Source: Podospora anserina (taxonomy: Eukaryota). Taken from it: a DNA stretch of 64,000 nt. Location: positions 2,852,001 through 2,916,000 of the forward strand of contig CM030336.1 of assembly GCA_017654855.1 (NCBI GenBank), read 5' to 3'. Every line of letters starts with the position of its first letter. Within the stretch, counting starts at the first letter, position 1. This document shows, piece by piece, positions 11,176-25,125 of the stretch. The translations under genes and the position numbers were made by a program. Under the pieces are notes generated by a model. That model was not told the origin of the DNA. It worked only from the letters and a program-made list of their open reading frames with translations, and did not search any database.

Positions 11176-13909
11176 ATGGCGGACCTACCACGGCATCAAT
11201 TGTACCTGCGGTACAAGGATGCCACCAGGTACATCACCACCTGGCTGGTGACAAAAGGTCGTGAGACACGGTTTGAACAGCGTCTCCAACATGGCAATCT
11301 ATCTGTTTCGACACTGCAGAACCTGGCACAATGGATCGTCGACAAGCAACTAGTTGTACCAGAGACAGTCTTGAGGTTGCTAAACCTTGGCATAACCCTG
11401 AGAACACAATAAGGCGAGTGTATGGGCCGAGAACATCCGTCTGAGGTCGATCGAAGACATCTCTATTTTATTGACGCCCTGAATTCCATACGCACTACTC
11501 TCCAAAACCTCACCAAAATCAGCCAGCACTTCATCAGTCTCGGCCCCGTCAACAAGGTCTGCCCCGCAAGAGAGGGGGTTCCATCTTTTTCAGGCCACAG
11601 AGACTTTGTCTACAGAGACTCTGGACACAGAGGTCGAGGCTTGTTCCAATCTTCTGAGTGCTATTCGTGAGTTTATCATGTATCCGTCAGTGTGGGGCAC
11701 CTGACAAAGGGCCCGGGTTTCACCAGACCCATACCTGATTGCTCATAAGGCGGGTTTTCCTATTTGTTTACTTTTGAACTGAACAACCAACAACTTACTG
11801 TAATAACCAATTTTTTCAACCTATTTCTGGCCTTTTGGCCCTCATTTTCGCAGCCAGTGACTTACCTAGGCCACTAGCCCAACAGTCAGTTTACAAGTCA
11901 AGAGTCTCTAACACTTTTTCTGGGCAGATATTCAAGATGGCCCAGCGTACCAACTTGAGCCATCGGTTACTATTCATGAAGAAATCTCCCATTTTCGCAT
12001 GCTCATTGAAGAGTATTGTCAAACCTGTGAAATGGTCCAGTCTTTCTGGGACCAGTACTCAAACAACAAGTCAGCCAAAAACACAGTCAGACCGGCCATT
12101 GAGTGGGTTGTCCTCTTGGACCCATCATACAGAAATGCCGCAATCGAACTCCTTATGAAACCTCTCAACACCACCAAAGCAGCAGTCGGCAAAATGATGA
12201 ACGGAAACCCGTACTTGGGCGTCTATTATGCGCTTTTCCAGCCAGGTCATGGAGCCTTCCCGAAGCCAGATTTTCTTGCGACTTATCGTATGTACAGTAG
12301 ATGGCACCGTAGCCAAAAAATCAGGTGTGCCCATCGAGAATCCCGCCGCAAACCAGTAACACGTCAATGATGCAGCACAGCAACTGTTTACCATGGGCTC
12401 AGCTTCGATCAAATCCAAAGAGCCAACTTTGGTGGACCACCTTAGTCGGATCGTGGCTTCAGACGTCACCGGAAACAGGGTGAGCATGGCAAGCGTCTTT
12501 GATATTGAAACTCTTTGCTTGGCTCAGCTCAGGCTGGATACCGATAGGAAAGACCCTGTTCAAACGTTCAAGGACCTTCTCATCTCTCTTACATCAGAAA
12601 TCAAGGCTTTACCAACGTGGCTTCTGAAGATGAAGGTTGATTCGAATAGGACATTAGATGAGATGCTCGTTCCCACTCGCAGCTATCTTGACAGTCTGCA
12701 AAAGGATCAGTGGGCTATCAAGAAGAAGCATGGTGGCTCCACGTCTAGTGTCCCTTTCTCCAAGTTTCACAGATACCCTGTTTATTGTGGTCTGGAAGTA
12801 CTTCAACTTAGAATCTTTGGCCAAAACGTTGGTCTGGCTATTGAGGAGAGGCTGGGTGGCATCACCGCTGCCATCCAACTGGGCAACGCATTGGGCCAGG
12901 AGGGACACCTAGAAGGCCTCGACAAGGGCAATCTCGGCGTCGTTTACAAAGCCCAAAAGCCTTTGAGCCTTTGAGCTTCTGCATCGATTTTGTTCCGCCG
13001 TCTGAGAGACCGGATTATATAAGAAGCTACTTTTTAGTAATTGGTGGCTCCGCCATCAGATCAGCACGTCATCATCGACCAAGGCCAGCGGTCTAAGCAT
13101 CCGCAGCCGGAAGAAGAATCTGACACAACAGGCGCCATTGTCAACGGCCATCTGTGACAGCTTTAAGAATGGACATAAAAAGATTCACCCTCGACGACCG
13201 GGATCTTGTCAAGATGCTGTCAACGCACAATCAAGACATGAACAATAAGTACGAAGCCGGTGTTTCCGCACAGCACAGCCCGCTCGGGGATGCCGTGGCA
13301 TTGATCCAGAGTGAGACCGCATCGCTGGAAACAGATTACCTGCGAGCTGTCAACTCCTCCTGGGCGTGTTTAACGGAGATCCAAGGGGTTTTCGGTGGAC
13401 CTATGACAACACCGAATGGGCACAGCAACCACCGTGCCCATCCAAGACCAGGTCGATGATTGTGTGGTTACAGCAGGCAGGGTTTTCGACCAGAACACCC
13501 TTAACGATAGGGAATTGATGGCACAAATCGCAACGGCATACAAGTCCGCGATCATCCCCAAAGCTTGACCTTATATGCGTTTCCTATGGCGAACTTCCCT
13601 ACCTTTACCCCGGCCCGTCTCCATCCTCACGCACAACGATCTTACCAAGTTGCTGCGGCTCACAGCACAAGCATGAACAAAAATTACACGAGTAGGGACG
13701 CTCAACAGCACAGCCATATCATGGACGCTGCAAGGCTCATGCATGCAGAGGCTGTTGCGCTCGCGACAGACCATCTTACGGCTAGAAACACTGCCTGGGC
13801 AGGTCTGAAGCAGCTGCAGTGCGTTCTAAGTCAATCACTGCTACTCAACGACAGGGAGTTGATGGCAAACCTCGCAACAGCTTACAGGACCTCGACATCG
13901 GGAGCTTGA
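11176..13909 (+). pseudogene. Degraded DUF6604-like fungal protein gene with a duplicated C-terminal module
   Basis: N-terminus YLRYKDATRYITTWL...ITLR...HLYFIDAL resembles DUF6604, and a later block reads YPVYCGL...QLGNAL. There are multiple stops and frameshifts, and a probable intron from GTGAGT at 11668 to about 11928. Confidence 0.6.
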
Positions 13910-14572
13910 TCGGCTTCCCTACTCACCCATCTCTCTCTTGTTACACCCTTATCAGTTCCACTACCCCAGATCCTTATTGCACCAGAATTTCTTCTTGAAG
14001 CTGAAAAGCTTCAAACTCTTTCTTCGTAATTTTTAATCTTGATTGCCTTCTTGTCAAGTCACTGTCTTTGTCTATTCCACAGTTTTCTCTTTTGAATCTC
14101 TATTCTTTGAGCTCCATAACCTGTCACATCTGATACTCTCTCTTTCAAGACTTCTAAAAATTCTTCAAGTGGAAAGCATTGTCGTCTTTTACCCGATGCA
14201 GAAGGAGGGCGTAGATTGCTGATTACAGCAACCAGACTGCCTACCCACACATCCCATTCGCCACTTCCAAAGTTATTTTCCATCTCGTATCCGCAGGGAG
14301 GACATGCATCAACTAAAAAGCCTCATTTGATGCCTGCTATGAGCGCCATATGATGTGGAACCATAAGGAATCTTACTCACAGTGTAGGTAGACCGGGTGG
14401 TTTATATCTCTATAGCATCACCAAGGCACCAAGACAAGACATGTGAGATATGTGCACTCTGGCTATTTTTATCTACCAGCTGTAAATTACATACAATAGA
14501 ATATTTCAACGCCATCACTACAACTTCCTTCTCTGTCTCCTCAAAAACCCATCACTCAGCCTCTTGACAACC

Positions 14573-15959
14573 TTACAAGCACTGGGAGTACCAGGGGTTA
14601 AGAACCTGGCAGGTGTATGGGCTCTGGCACGTGGTGGGGCCGGTCCACCCGTTGCCTCCGCACTGTCCCCAGCGAACCTGCTCGGGCTGGGTGGGAGCGG
14701 AGGTGGGGGTGGGCTGAGTAGTGCTCGAGGCAGAGGTGGTGCGGGTGACAAGAGTGGTGGTGGGCTGGGCGGGGGTGCTGGTGCTGCTGGAGACGGGGGG
14801 AGCACCGGTGGCCTTGGCGGCGAGGACGCTGGAGATGGAGGTCCAGGCGGCCTTCTTGCGGAACTGGGAATCGTAGATGAGGGCATCGCCGGCGCCGTTG
14901 AACGTGGAGGGAACCCAAGAGTACTTGTCGGTGAAAGACCAGACGGTGACACCGACGCAGCGGGGCACGTCGAGGCAGGACCCGACGACGTTGGCAAAGT
15001 CGTTACCCTGGGTGACCTGGGCCTGGGAGCTGGCGGGGAGGGAGGAGTGGCGGATGTCGAGCTCAGTGTAGGCGACATCGACACCGAGGGCGGTGAAGCG
15101 GCGGAGGGTGGTGGCCAGGTTGGCGCGGCTGGGCGTGCTGCCGACGATCAAGTGGCCCTGGAAGCCAACACCGTCAATGGGGGCACCGGCAGCCTGGATG
15201 ATGCGGACAATCTCGACGGCCCGGTCAGTCTTGGCCTGATTGTACTCGAGGTTGTAGTCGTTATAGTACCTAAAGATTCCCAAGTTAGAAACATAATTTC
15301 TAGGTACCGTATTCAGGCAGAATAGGGGATGCTCCACTCACAACTTGGTCTCGGGATCGTGCTTCTTGGCCAGCTCGAAAGAGAGGGGCAGGTAGTCGGT
15401 ACCGAATACCCGGTAGAAGACACTGTCACGCCATGTGCCGTCGTCGTTGATGGCCTCGTTGACAACGTCCCAGTGACCGCAGACGCCCTTGTAGTGGCCC
15501 ATGACGTTGGCCATGTGGGTGTCAATGACCGAGGTCAAAGTGGCACGAGTCCAAGACCCGGAAGCGACTGGTTGTGGCTGTTAGCTTCGTCCAAAACACA
15601 AATTGGTTTGCAACACTTGACCTACCCCATGAGGGAAGCTGGCTGTGCCAGACAAGAGTGTGGCAGCGGAGGAACTGGGAGTTTCTCTTGGCCTCGTTGG
15701 CAGTGATGTCACCCTGGGAATAGGTGAACTGGCCACGGCTGGGCTGAGTGGACTCCCACTTCTGGCCGTTCTCAGGCACAATCTGGCCAAACTCTCTGGT
15801 GTCTCTGAGGATGGCAGCGAACTGGGCATCGCTGTTGAGAGCACCCTCACGAAGGGCAGTGCCGAAGTACTGAAGACCGGCACGGACGGCGAGCTCGTGA
15901 AGCTGGGCCGAGACGGCGGCGGGCGCAAGAAGCGCGGCAAGGAGAGCCTTGGTGTGCAT
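14573..15959 (-). CDS. GH10 endo-1,4-beta-xylanase with Ser/Thr linker and C-terminal CBM1; 3 exons
   Basis: Signal peptide; [25 protein letters not shown] (acid/base), YNDYN, GFQGH, YTELD (nucleophile); CBM1 [32 protein letters not shown]. Confidence 0.97.
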
Positions 15960-16826
15960 GGTGGAGACGAGGAGAGGGCGAGTATGTGGAGGTTGACAGC
16001 AAGAGACTGGCCTGAGGAGCTCCAGAAACTGTGATATTCGCTGCAGGCGGGTTGAGCCGCTTTATATCTTTAGATTGCTTGGCCAGGCCAGTGCTGCACG
16101 CAATATCGGCTTTGGGATATGAGGCTCGCGGGCCACGGTGCCTAGCGCTTGGGGAAGCATTGAGGGCATTTTACCCGGTCGATTCGAGTTGGAACCCGTC
16201 TGGGCCATCACGGAGACATGGGGACGACTGTCATGTGCGTTGGCCGATGGCGATGTGGCAGGGACGTTGACATCGGGACGAGGCTCCTCTCAACGGTGGC
16301 CAGACCCGGTTTTCTTCGGAAGAGGCTCCGTGTAAGTGCGAATCGGGAAGCCAAGACGTCGAGCGATGTTGCTTGGGCTGGCGACAGGGGCTATTCTTAA
16401 CGCTCCCCGCAGCGTTAGCGAAGCCCTTAAATCCCGGAATGCAGTGAATGCCTTGGTGTGTTGCCTCTCTCTCTCTCCACGTGCTAATTAGCCTGAATCA
16501 TGCTGGAAGAATTTCGCTGCGACGTTGCCCCGGTCTTGGTCGGAGTCCAGTACCGGGTCCCGAAGACAAAAACAGCACCACCCCCGAGAGCGAGCACTTC
16601 GGAGAGTGACGCGTCGTCGTGCGAGAACGTTCTGGACTGGCGCGACTCGAGGGTGCCATCATGAAACGCGCTTCCTTCAGCGCAGTCGGTCTGTTTGCTC
16701 TCGGCCCGGAAACCCTTACCCAGATCGTCAAAAATAAGGTAGCTACCCCGCCATCATCAGACATTGATCAATTGAAATTTTCTATTGTACACACACTATT
16801 ATTGCACCATTTGCTAACAAGACTTA

Positions 16827-18368
16827 TCAAACAACCACCTTCTTCTCCTTGTGCGAGCACATCTTCCCGTGGCTGGCACCTTCCTCCGCCACCCGCTTCC
16901 ACCTCCTGAACTCCTGCGTGATCTTTGCGCGACCCCTCAAGTTCGGTGACGTCGTTGCGCGGGCCGGAACTCCCGAGAGGTCGTTGGCGAAGCGGGCGAG
17001 GGCGCGGGCGGCAGCTTTGGTGTTGACTGTCAACGCATCCCAGTTGATGTTGTCGAGCGTGTCGCAGGCCTGGTGATAGCACGGATCCCAGGGCTCACCG
17101 GCGCCCGTGAACAGCATGGCCGTGGGAATACCCAACTCGACGAAGCCGACGTAGTCCGAGTTGCCGTCCTCAAAACCACCCCGCTCGACCGTCTTGCCCT
17201 GGGCGACAAGATATTCTTCCAGCAACTGAGGACCAACGCCGCTGTTCTCGTCGGAGCCAACAGCATAGATGGGCTCGATGGATCCAATCATGTCGTAGTT
17301 GAAATAGTACTTGATCTTGTCGGCCTCGGCAGGCGAGAGCTGGGATGTGTAGTACAGCGAGCCGACAAGACCGCTCTCTTCAGCACCCCACCAGGCAAAC
17401 CTGATCTTGTTCTTGAAGCCCTTGTAGTTCTTGACTGCGCCCATGAGCTCGAGGAGGGCGGCTGTGCCACTGCCATCGTCATTCACACCAGGCCCCTGCT
17501 GTACGCTGTCGAGATGCGCACCGAGCATGATGACGCTGTTGGGGTCGCCCTCCTTGGTCTCAGAGATGACATTCCACGTCTCGCGGGTGTCGGCAATGGC
17601 ATCGACCAACAAGCTCACCACCACATCCTCACCAGCACCGAGGCGGGCAATCCAGGCCTCTGCCGCCTCGAGGGGCACAATGCCGACGGGGACGAGCTGT
17701 CCAATGTTCTCAGCACCCAGGGTAGGGGTGGCATAGTTGATACCTGGGGCTTGGTTGTAGAGAATAACCCCCAACGCTCCCTTGGCTCTGGCAAACTTCA
17801 ACTTGTCCGACACAGCACACACACCTCTCTTAACCAGCGCCAGCTTTCCAGTGGCATCAATGCCATCCCAATCGCTCTCAGCACACATGCTTCCGGCCTC
17901 ATCGTTGACGGGCGTGTTGATCAAACTGGCCGTGATGCCGCCAGGAAGGGGTGTGGCGGGGTTGTACTGGGGGGATATCACAAACACGTCTTCCCCGTCG
18001 GGGCCAGTGACCTTGATCTCGAGCGTCTTGTCGTACGTGTGGTTGAAAGGTTGAATAAAGGTGTTCATCTCGGGGTGGAACCGGCCCTGGGCCCGTTCAA
18101 CAACAAAGTCTACAGAGGCCTTGTAGCCGGGCTCGCCAAAGGCACGGTTGCCGCCATTGCGGTCGGCAATGTGGTTGAGGTTCCATAAGACGCGCTGCAA
18201 TCTGTGCGATGTTAGCAAGCTGCCCGAGATTCAGTTGGTAACAGGCGGCACGGGGCCATACTCATCGGTCTTGATATCGGCCTCAAGTCTGTCAGCAGTC
18301 AAGGGATCGGTCGCGATGGCCGTCGACGCGAGAAGCAGGGCCGACCCGGCCTGTCTAGAAAGCTTCAT
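16827..18368 (-). CDS. Secreted M28 metallo-aminopeptidase with PA domain (aminopeptidase Y / LAP2-like); 2 exons
   Basis: Exon 1 MKLSRQAGSALLASTAIATDPLTADRLEADIKTDE; GAHLDSV, GVNDDGSG, WWGAEESGLVGS, NYDMIGS, DPCYHQACD; PA domain ALVKRGVC. Confidence 0.95.
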
Positions 18369-19987
18369 GATGGCAGAGAACGGGCCGTTCTGATGAAAGA
18401 CGTGACATTCGAGGTGATGGGAACATTGTGCAGATCATGGGTTATATCGTGGTTTTCATACGCGTCGTCCCATTGCTACTGAGAATGGCCTATATGTATC
18501 CCTGCTATTGCCGCAAAATTGACCTGCCGTATTGGGGGATAGCATATACGAACAGATGTCGCAGCAGAACGAGACATCAAGGTATGGTGATGAGAGTGGA
18601 AGCTCGGGTGGTGACGCTGCCAAGACGCAGTGTCACGACGGTTCGGCACCTGCCTCTCTGGGTCGTGATGGTTACATTAGCAGCCACCCGCCAGTTCGCA
18701 GTGCTGGAGGGACGCCTGGCAAGTCAGGTGAGGCGGTCAAGGTGATGGGCGACAATCTACTCACCTGCCAAGATTGGGGTAGCTGTGTCGTAATATTGGT
18801 GATGACGGCATTCTGCCTGTATTAGGCAATCTACTCGATGCATTGAGATGAATTAAACCACTTTCCATTTCCTCGGTGCGACTTCTGATTGCTTGCACGG
18901 ACGGTCATTATTTGCGCATTTCTGTATCCATAGTCGCACAAATGACAAACACAGAAATATTAGATGGCCCTTAGCATTTGCAATCCTGTCTCGTCTTTGT
19001 CACAGCAACATGGAAATTATCGTGATAGACCCTGGAAAGTTTGATTTGGGTGCTCAGGGATGTCAGCTTGTAAAATCACATACCTCGATCGACTGTTTTG
19101 TGTCTGAGACGCCATCAAACTCCGTAGTTCCAAGGTCCAAGCCACCACAAGATTAGTCTAGCTCAAACCTTGATGCCTGCTTTCATTTCCAGTGGCCATA
19201 CCCATTAAGGCTGCCCAGATAAAAAGTATGCCCAGATGAACAGAGGCGAGAGTAAAAATTAGATGATGCATGTTGAATGCCATTTTCCAGAGCTGTCCAC
19301 ATCTCATGACTCCCATATGCCTGCTGCCAACCTCCCACCACAAGGGCAACCGATCTGGTCAATGGTATTATTTGGGTGTAGACAAACCAGGACTGTCGTC
19401 ATTTTTTATGCTGTCGGGAGGGATTATCATTGACTTTTTAGAGAACATAAAGGCTAAAGAACGGCAAAGGGTGGTTGATAGAACTTGCATGTGACTGACT
19501 GAAGTTATGGTGAGCTAGGCTGTGGTGGGCAACGTGCCAAGAGCCCATGCCTGACCAACCATGCACCGCCAAGGCATGTCAACCTCCTCGCGACGACGAG
19601 GCTGCCAAAAGAAACTCAGACAGGCATCTACTCTGGCCTAACAGAAGCTGACTGCTCTCCGGCGGGGCCTGTATGGCGGGGTCGATAGAGGGGTGTGGCT
19701 GGACAAGTGTCCAAATGTTTGGCATCACACTTTAGTCGCTATTGTCGTGTTACTTTGGAGAATAAGCAATAATTGCTGGTAAGATTGTGCCTGAGTTGGT
19801 TGTTAATGAGAAGTGGATGTCTTGGTGGCTTTCACCTGAACGCTTTTCATTGTCTTTGAATACTTTCCCATTATCTGCTAATGCGTCTTGCTATCTTGAA
19901 CACGTATTATATATATTTAAAGGCTCTTTCATTGTATCTTGACGCATACTTATTATCTTTTGACAGCCGTTCCAGTTCTTTCAAGTC

Positions 19988-21640
19988 ATGACAAAAATCA
20001 CCTCAATGCCTATCAGGTATCTGTCAGACCATGAGTCAAGATACAAGAGGTGGCCTTCTGACTGGGCAACTCCTATCGTCTCTTGTCCATGTGTCCCACC
20101 ACACACCTCAGTTGCTCCTTCCGCATCAGGTCCCAACCTGACCTCTATTCACTTGGCTGTCAGCCGTTTGCAGGTCTTTTGGCCACGAGCCCTCCTCGTT
20201 GCGCCTGGCAGCCAGTCGGAGGGCCCGTCAGCGCTGCTCTTTGCGCCCGGCAACCAATCAGATGGCCCAGCCCCGCAGCTTTTTTCACCTGCGTGCCTGC
20301 GACAAATTTCCTCTTCCGCATTTGTTACAAATCTTTTCCAGTTGACGGTCCTCGATCCCAATCTCGACTTTTCCACCCCATCCAATAATTCAGCCACACC
20401 CTTCACACGACCACCACACTTCAACCTCAACAAGGCCGAGTTGCAAAAGGCGAACAGTTATGGCCGAAGAGGATTGTGATCACAATGGTGCCATTGTAAG
20501 TCACAGCCCAGGTTGGCGAGTTGTTCGACTCACTGACACCATTTCGACAGGTCGACCAGCACCGTGCTGCTAGCACCGAGAAGAGCCAAGGCTCAACCAT
20601 GCCAGAGATATGTCCGTCATCCGGAGTCGATGCATTCAGCGCAGTACCTCCATTCCAAATCGTCCTCGCCGGAGTATGTTGATTTATTAATGGAATTATG
20701 ATGGCAGCAAGCTCGGAGGGGCTGGCCGAGGGATGCTCCCACATGGTCAGCTGACTTGTTTATCGAGGATGAAGCAGGCGGAGTGGGGCACTGATTGGCG
20801 TGTCGTCTGTTCCACTTGGGCATACCAGTTCGCTTTCGTGCTGACGGATGGACAATCATATAGGAAGCTCTTGCCAAGTTGTGAAACCCCCGTGGTGATC
20901 ACATCGACCGCGATACTGAGGAATTGAGGTCCGAGTTTGCGACATCTGCCACCACCGTGATCAAGGCTTTCGACAAACTCGCGAATCATACCACCCAGAA
21001 GCAAGGCACCGACGAGACGCTGTCATCAATGACGACCCTGGTCCAGCAGGTTGGCACCATGGCTACGGCTCAACGTACGATCGAAGGCAAATTCCAACGA
21101 GCCGATGACGAATTGAAGGGCATATCAGAGCGGCTTGCCAAAGTTTGCTTGGATGTTACCAATACCTAATGTCGAGTGCAAAAAGAGACCGAAGCTGTTG
21201 AAAAGGCGCAGTCGACAGCTTCAACAGCAGCCCTCAAGAACTTAAGCGATGTCAAAGATCTGACCAAGATCCTGGGCGACATAAAAAAGCCTCAGCTAAG
21301 AATTTTAATTCCATTTCCAGTCTGGACGGCAAGGTCTCTTGGAAGCTGGGGGATATTAAGATCCGTCAAAACAATTTGGAAGGTCAACTTGCGAATAATC
21401 AGCGCGAACAGAAAAGGTTGAAGATGTAGCTGGAAGGAGTCAAGGATAAATATAATGGGTTCAAGCTCTGGGCCAAGGGAGAGGTCACCGATGTCGAGAA
21501 TCGGGGGAATGGCGACAGCCGGTAGAGTGGGCGTGAGACTGATGTCACACAGTGTTTGGTTAAGAATCGAAAACTGCGCAAAGATCTCGAGGCTCTGCCC
21601 CAACAGGTTTCAGATCTGCACCCCGACCTTGATTTGGTAG
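19988..21640 (+). pseudogene. Probable degraded gene of unknown function with coiled-coil-like segments
   Basis: Successive protein-like short ORFs on + (e.g. TDETLSSMTTLVQQVGTMATAQRTIEGKFQRADDELKGISERL; QKETEAVEKAQSTAS) interrupted by stops and frameshifts. Confidence 0.35.
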
Positions 21641-21826
21641 ATGCGAAACGTTCCAGGATTGCATAAACCGAGAAGAATCACACCCTTAACTACGACGCGG
21701 ACAGACGATGGTTTGACTGGACGGAGAACGGGGAGTTTGTTTAGTTTCGCTTGGGTAGAGTGTGTGTTGGGTGATCACAGCCCATACGGCATCCATTTCT
21801 ACCTACCAAGACAAATACTACATGGA

Positions 21827-24800
21827 TCAATAGCCCCATTGCTTGCACCAATTTCTCATCAGGTCTCCCGTCACGGCCTTCATGTTCTTCATAGTCTTGC
21901 TCCTCCTCATTGTCCTCTCCATCTCCATATCGACATATCCCTGTCCCTCCTTGACCTTCTCGTTCCAAGTCTTGTACGTGTCCAACAGCTTGACACCCGG
22001 ATTCCGGCTGACATCCTCCGTCGTCGCCGCGCTCTTCTCCAGTTGTTTCACCCACTCCTCAAACGACACAATCTGCTTGATCCTGTCGCCGTAGAAGTCC
22101 TTGACTGCCTTGGCCAGCTCACCCCACTGCACCTTCCTAGGATTGATGCCATGGAAATAGCCCCTGATCAGGTCGACCGGCACATCCTCCGTCACACCCG
22201 ACACCTCCAGCACCATGTGGGCAATCCCCTCAATCGGCACCCAGTCCACCGTCGTCATCTGGCCCAAGCTGTTGGGCAACAGACCCATATACACCGAACT
22301 GGCCACCACAGATGGCAGCCACTCCTGCCTGTTCCAGTACCCCTTTTCCGATGACGGCCCCCCAATCTGACCCACCCGGATGATCTCACTCGGCACCCCC
22401 GACACCTCCGAAGCCTTTTCCAAAATCAACGAACTGATCAGCTTCGACCGTCCATACCCGCCAGTGGAAATGTCAAAATCCCGCAGCGACTTCTCCGGCA
22501 CCGGTTCCTTCTTCCTCCAGGCATCCGTCGTGGCGATGGAGGAGATAAACACCACCGGCACCCGCTTGTACGCCTTTCTGCTAAAGTCGGCCAGGTTGCG
22601 CACGCCCCGGATGTGCGGCTCGAAAGACTCGGTTGGCATGTTGAAGTTGACGGGCCACTGGTTGTGGATCACGCGGTCGACCTCGCCCAGGAGCCGGTTG
22701 TAGGTTTCCATTCCCAAGCCCAAATCGAAGAGGGACATGTCGGCGTGGAGGAACTCGGCTTTGGAGAGGTCGGTTGTGAGCCCACGCTCACGCATGCTCT
22801 TGAGCTGGCGTTCTTTGCCGTTGACGGCGCGGTTGAGGCAAATGACCTTTTTGACGCGGGGGCACGAGGCACAAATGCCTAGCATGTAGGACCCGAGAGC
22901 GCCTGTTGTGCCGGTGATGACGATGACTTGGTCTTGGTCGGCGGGAGGTGGCTTTTCGGATTGTCCCGAGGGCATATCGCGGGTGTACTTTTCTAGCAGG
23001 GCCTCCATGGCGTGTTCCTCATGATCAGGCTCTCCGACGGTGGCGTCCTTGCCCTCCTTGTTGACGACTGACCAGACATAGTCGGAGAGCCTTTTGGCTG
23101 TTGGGTTGCCATAGATGACACGAGTGGCCAAGGCGGAGGAGTCCACTGTGACGCCTGCTGCGCTGAGGCCTGCACGCAAGAGACGGGACAAATTAATGAC
23201 TTGCATTGAGTCCACCCCCACAGAGAAAAAGTCAGTGCCGGGTTCGAGCCTGGGTGCACCGAGTTGGTCGGTAAAGATCTTCAAGATGCACTCGTTGAGG
23301 GCGTCCTTGGATGACAGGTCCAACACCGGCGCTTCCCCTGAGCGGACCTCGGTGACATGTTTGTAGATTTGGTCAATTTCGTCGTTGTACATCTTCATTG
23401 TGCCAACTCGCTGGATTGTTCCCTTGCCCGCTCGGAGAAAGGGCTTTTTGGGGTTTGACAGAGCCAAAAACTGCCGCCCAATCTGGCCATGTGCCACCGT
23501 CTGCTTGTTGGCCTTCACAACCAGGGGCCAGACACTGTCAAGGAACTTTTGCTCGTCGGCGGGATGCTCTGCAGGCTCGAGGATCAGTGCTGGCTGGAAC
23601 CGCCCGCTGCCTACAACGAGTGCGCCCTTGATCTTGGGATGATTCATCATGGTGGTCTCGATGTCGATGGGATTCAACTTCTCGCCGTTGGAAAACACAA
23701 TGATATTGTCGCAACGGCCTTGATAGATCCAGTGATCTTTGAGGGTGGGATGAGGCTTGTACAGGTCCTTGGTGCTGTACTCTTTGAGATCGGGAAAGGT
23801 GTAAAAGAAGCCCAAGAAGCCAGGCTCTTTTGTTCTGCGGACAATGATCTGCTCGTATGCATCATCGTCGGCTGTCTTGCGCCACTCGCAGCTGAAGAGG
23901 TCCGAGTTGATGATGAAATACTGCCAAAGCTTGGGATCAGGCTGCCAGTAGATCAAGAAGGGCGTAAATCTGACGGGTTAACTTCGAAATGCTCTTTTGC
24001 TGAAGGGCAAGACTCACTCTGTAGCCGAGATGACGTTGAGTAGTGTCACGCCGTTGTTGACAAGCCTGTCCCCTGGGTCTTTGGCAAGGTTGCCTGGGAT
24101 CGTTAGCAACCATGACTCTCAAGAGACGCTGGGAGGGTAGGCACTCACCTCCACCAAAGCCGACAAACTCCAGCTTGGCGAGAGCCTCGACAGATTCTGT
24201 GTCGTGGCTCAGCTCTTCCAGAACAGCAGGCGGCAAAATGACGGCATCCACCTCGGCGTGATGAAGATACTCCATCACTGAAACAGAACTCAGGGGAACA
24301 TTTCCAATCCCTAACGCAGCGGGCACATCCCAGTAGTGAATCATGATCATGCTGATATACATGGCGGCAGCATGGTAAAGAGGCACTGCCAATGTGTTAG
24401 CGCGTCCTTCCCACATGTCGGATCAGACCCCGCTTACTGGGATGAAGGATCCTGTTGGCTCTCAGTGCCATCTCTTCAATCCACAGTCGTCTCCCCTCCC
24501 ACTCCCCCAGCTCGTGGATTTTGTCGCCTATCGCCAGCATTCCATGTCTGCAAACAACCGGCTTGGGAAATCCCGTACTCCCACTCGTGTGCAGAACCAG
24601 CAAAGGATCCCATTCGGCTTCGTCAAACGTCTTGTTGTAAGGGTAGTGCTCAATGGTTTCTTGGGGGAACCACATGTCGACGGGAAAGGTCATTATGGCG
24701 GCCATGTCGCGCTCTTCCAGCCACGGCTGGACCATGTTCTTGAAGGACTGATCAAACCAGATAATGTTGCAGTTGCACTGCTCAAAGAGGTTCAACTGGC

Positions 24801-25125
24801 CTTCCTGGGAGTTGCGTGGAGAGATGAACAGGGCCTGGTACCCTGCCTTGACGGCGCCGATGGCGAAGATTGGGTATCGAACATCGTTGGGACCAATGTA
24901 GGCCACTGTGGGAAAGGAACCGGGTTCTGGCTTTCCGGTGGTACTGACGAGCTTGTGGGCTATGCGGTTGATGGCGTTAGCAGCATCTTTGTATGTGATC
25001 TTTTTCCATCCATCCTTTGGGTGAATGGACCGCGGGACCGAAATCCATTCTCTTGTTGGTTCAAATCTCGCCCGTTCGTCGATGATGTTGGGGATAAGGC
25101 GCCGGCCAAACTGAGGTGAAGACAT
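21827..25125 (-). CDS. NRPS-like carboxylic acid reductase (adenylation - thiolation - terminal reductase)
   Basis: A3 motif LHTSGSTGFPKP, KDLYKPHP, GRCDNIIVFSNGEKLNP, LRAGKGTIQR; T domain DFFSVGVDSMQV; R domain TGTTGALG, GYGRSKLISS, IIRVGQIGG; 3 introns near 24.4, 24.1 and 24.0 kb. Confidence 0.95.

Noticed and set aside
10000-14400. Possible Starship/Spok-block or other giant element
   Set aside because: No DUF3435 tyrosine-recombinase captain, Spok-like ORF or element boundaries are recognisable anywhere in the window
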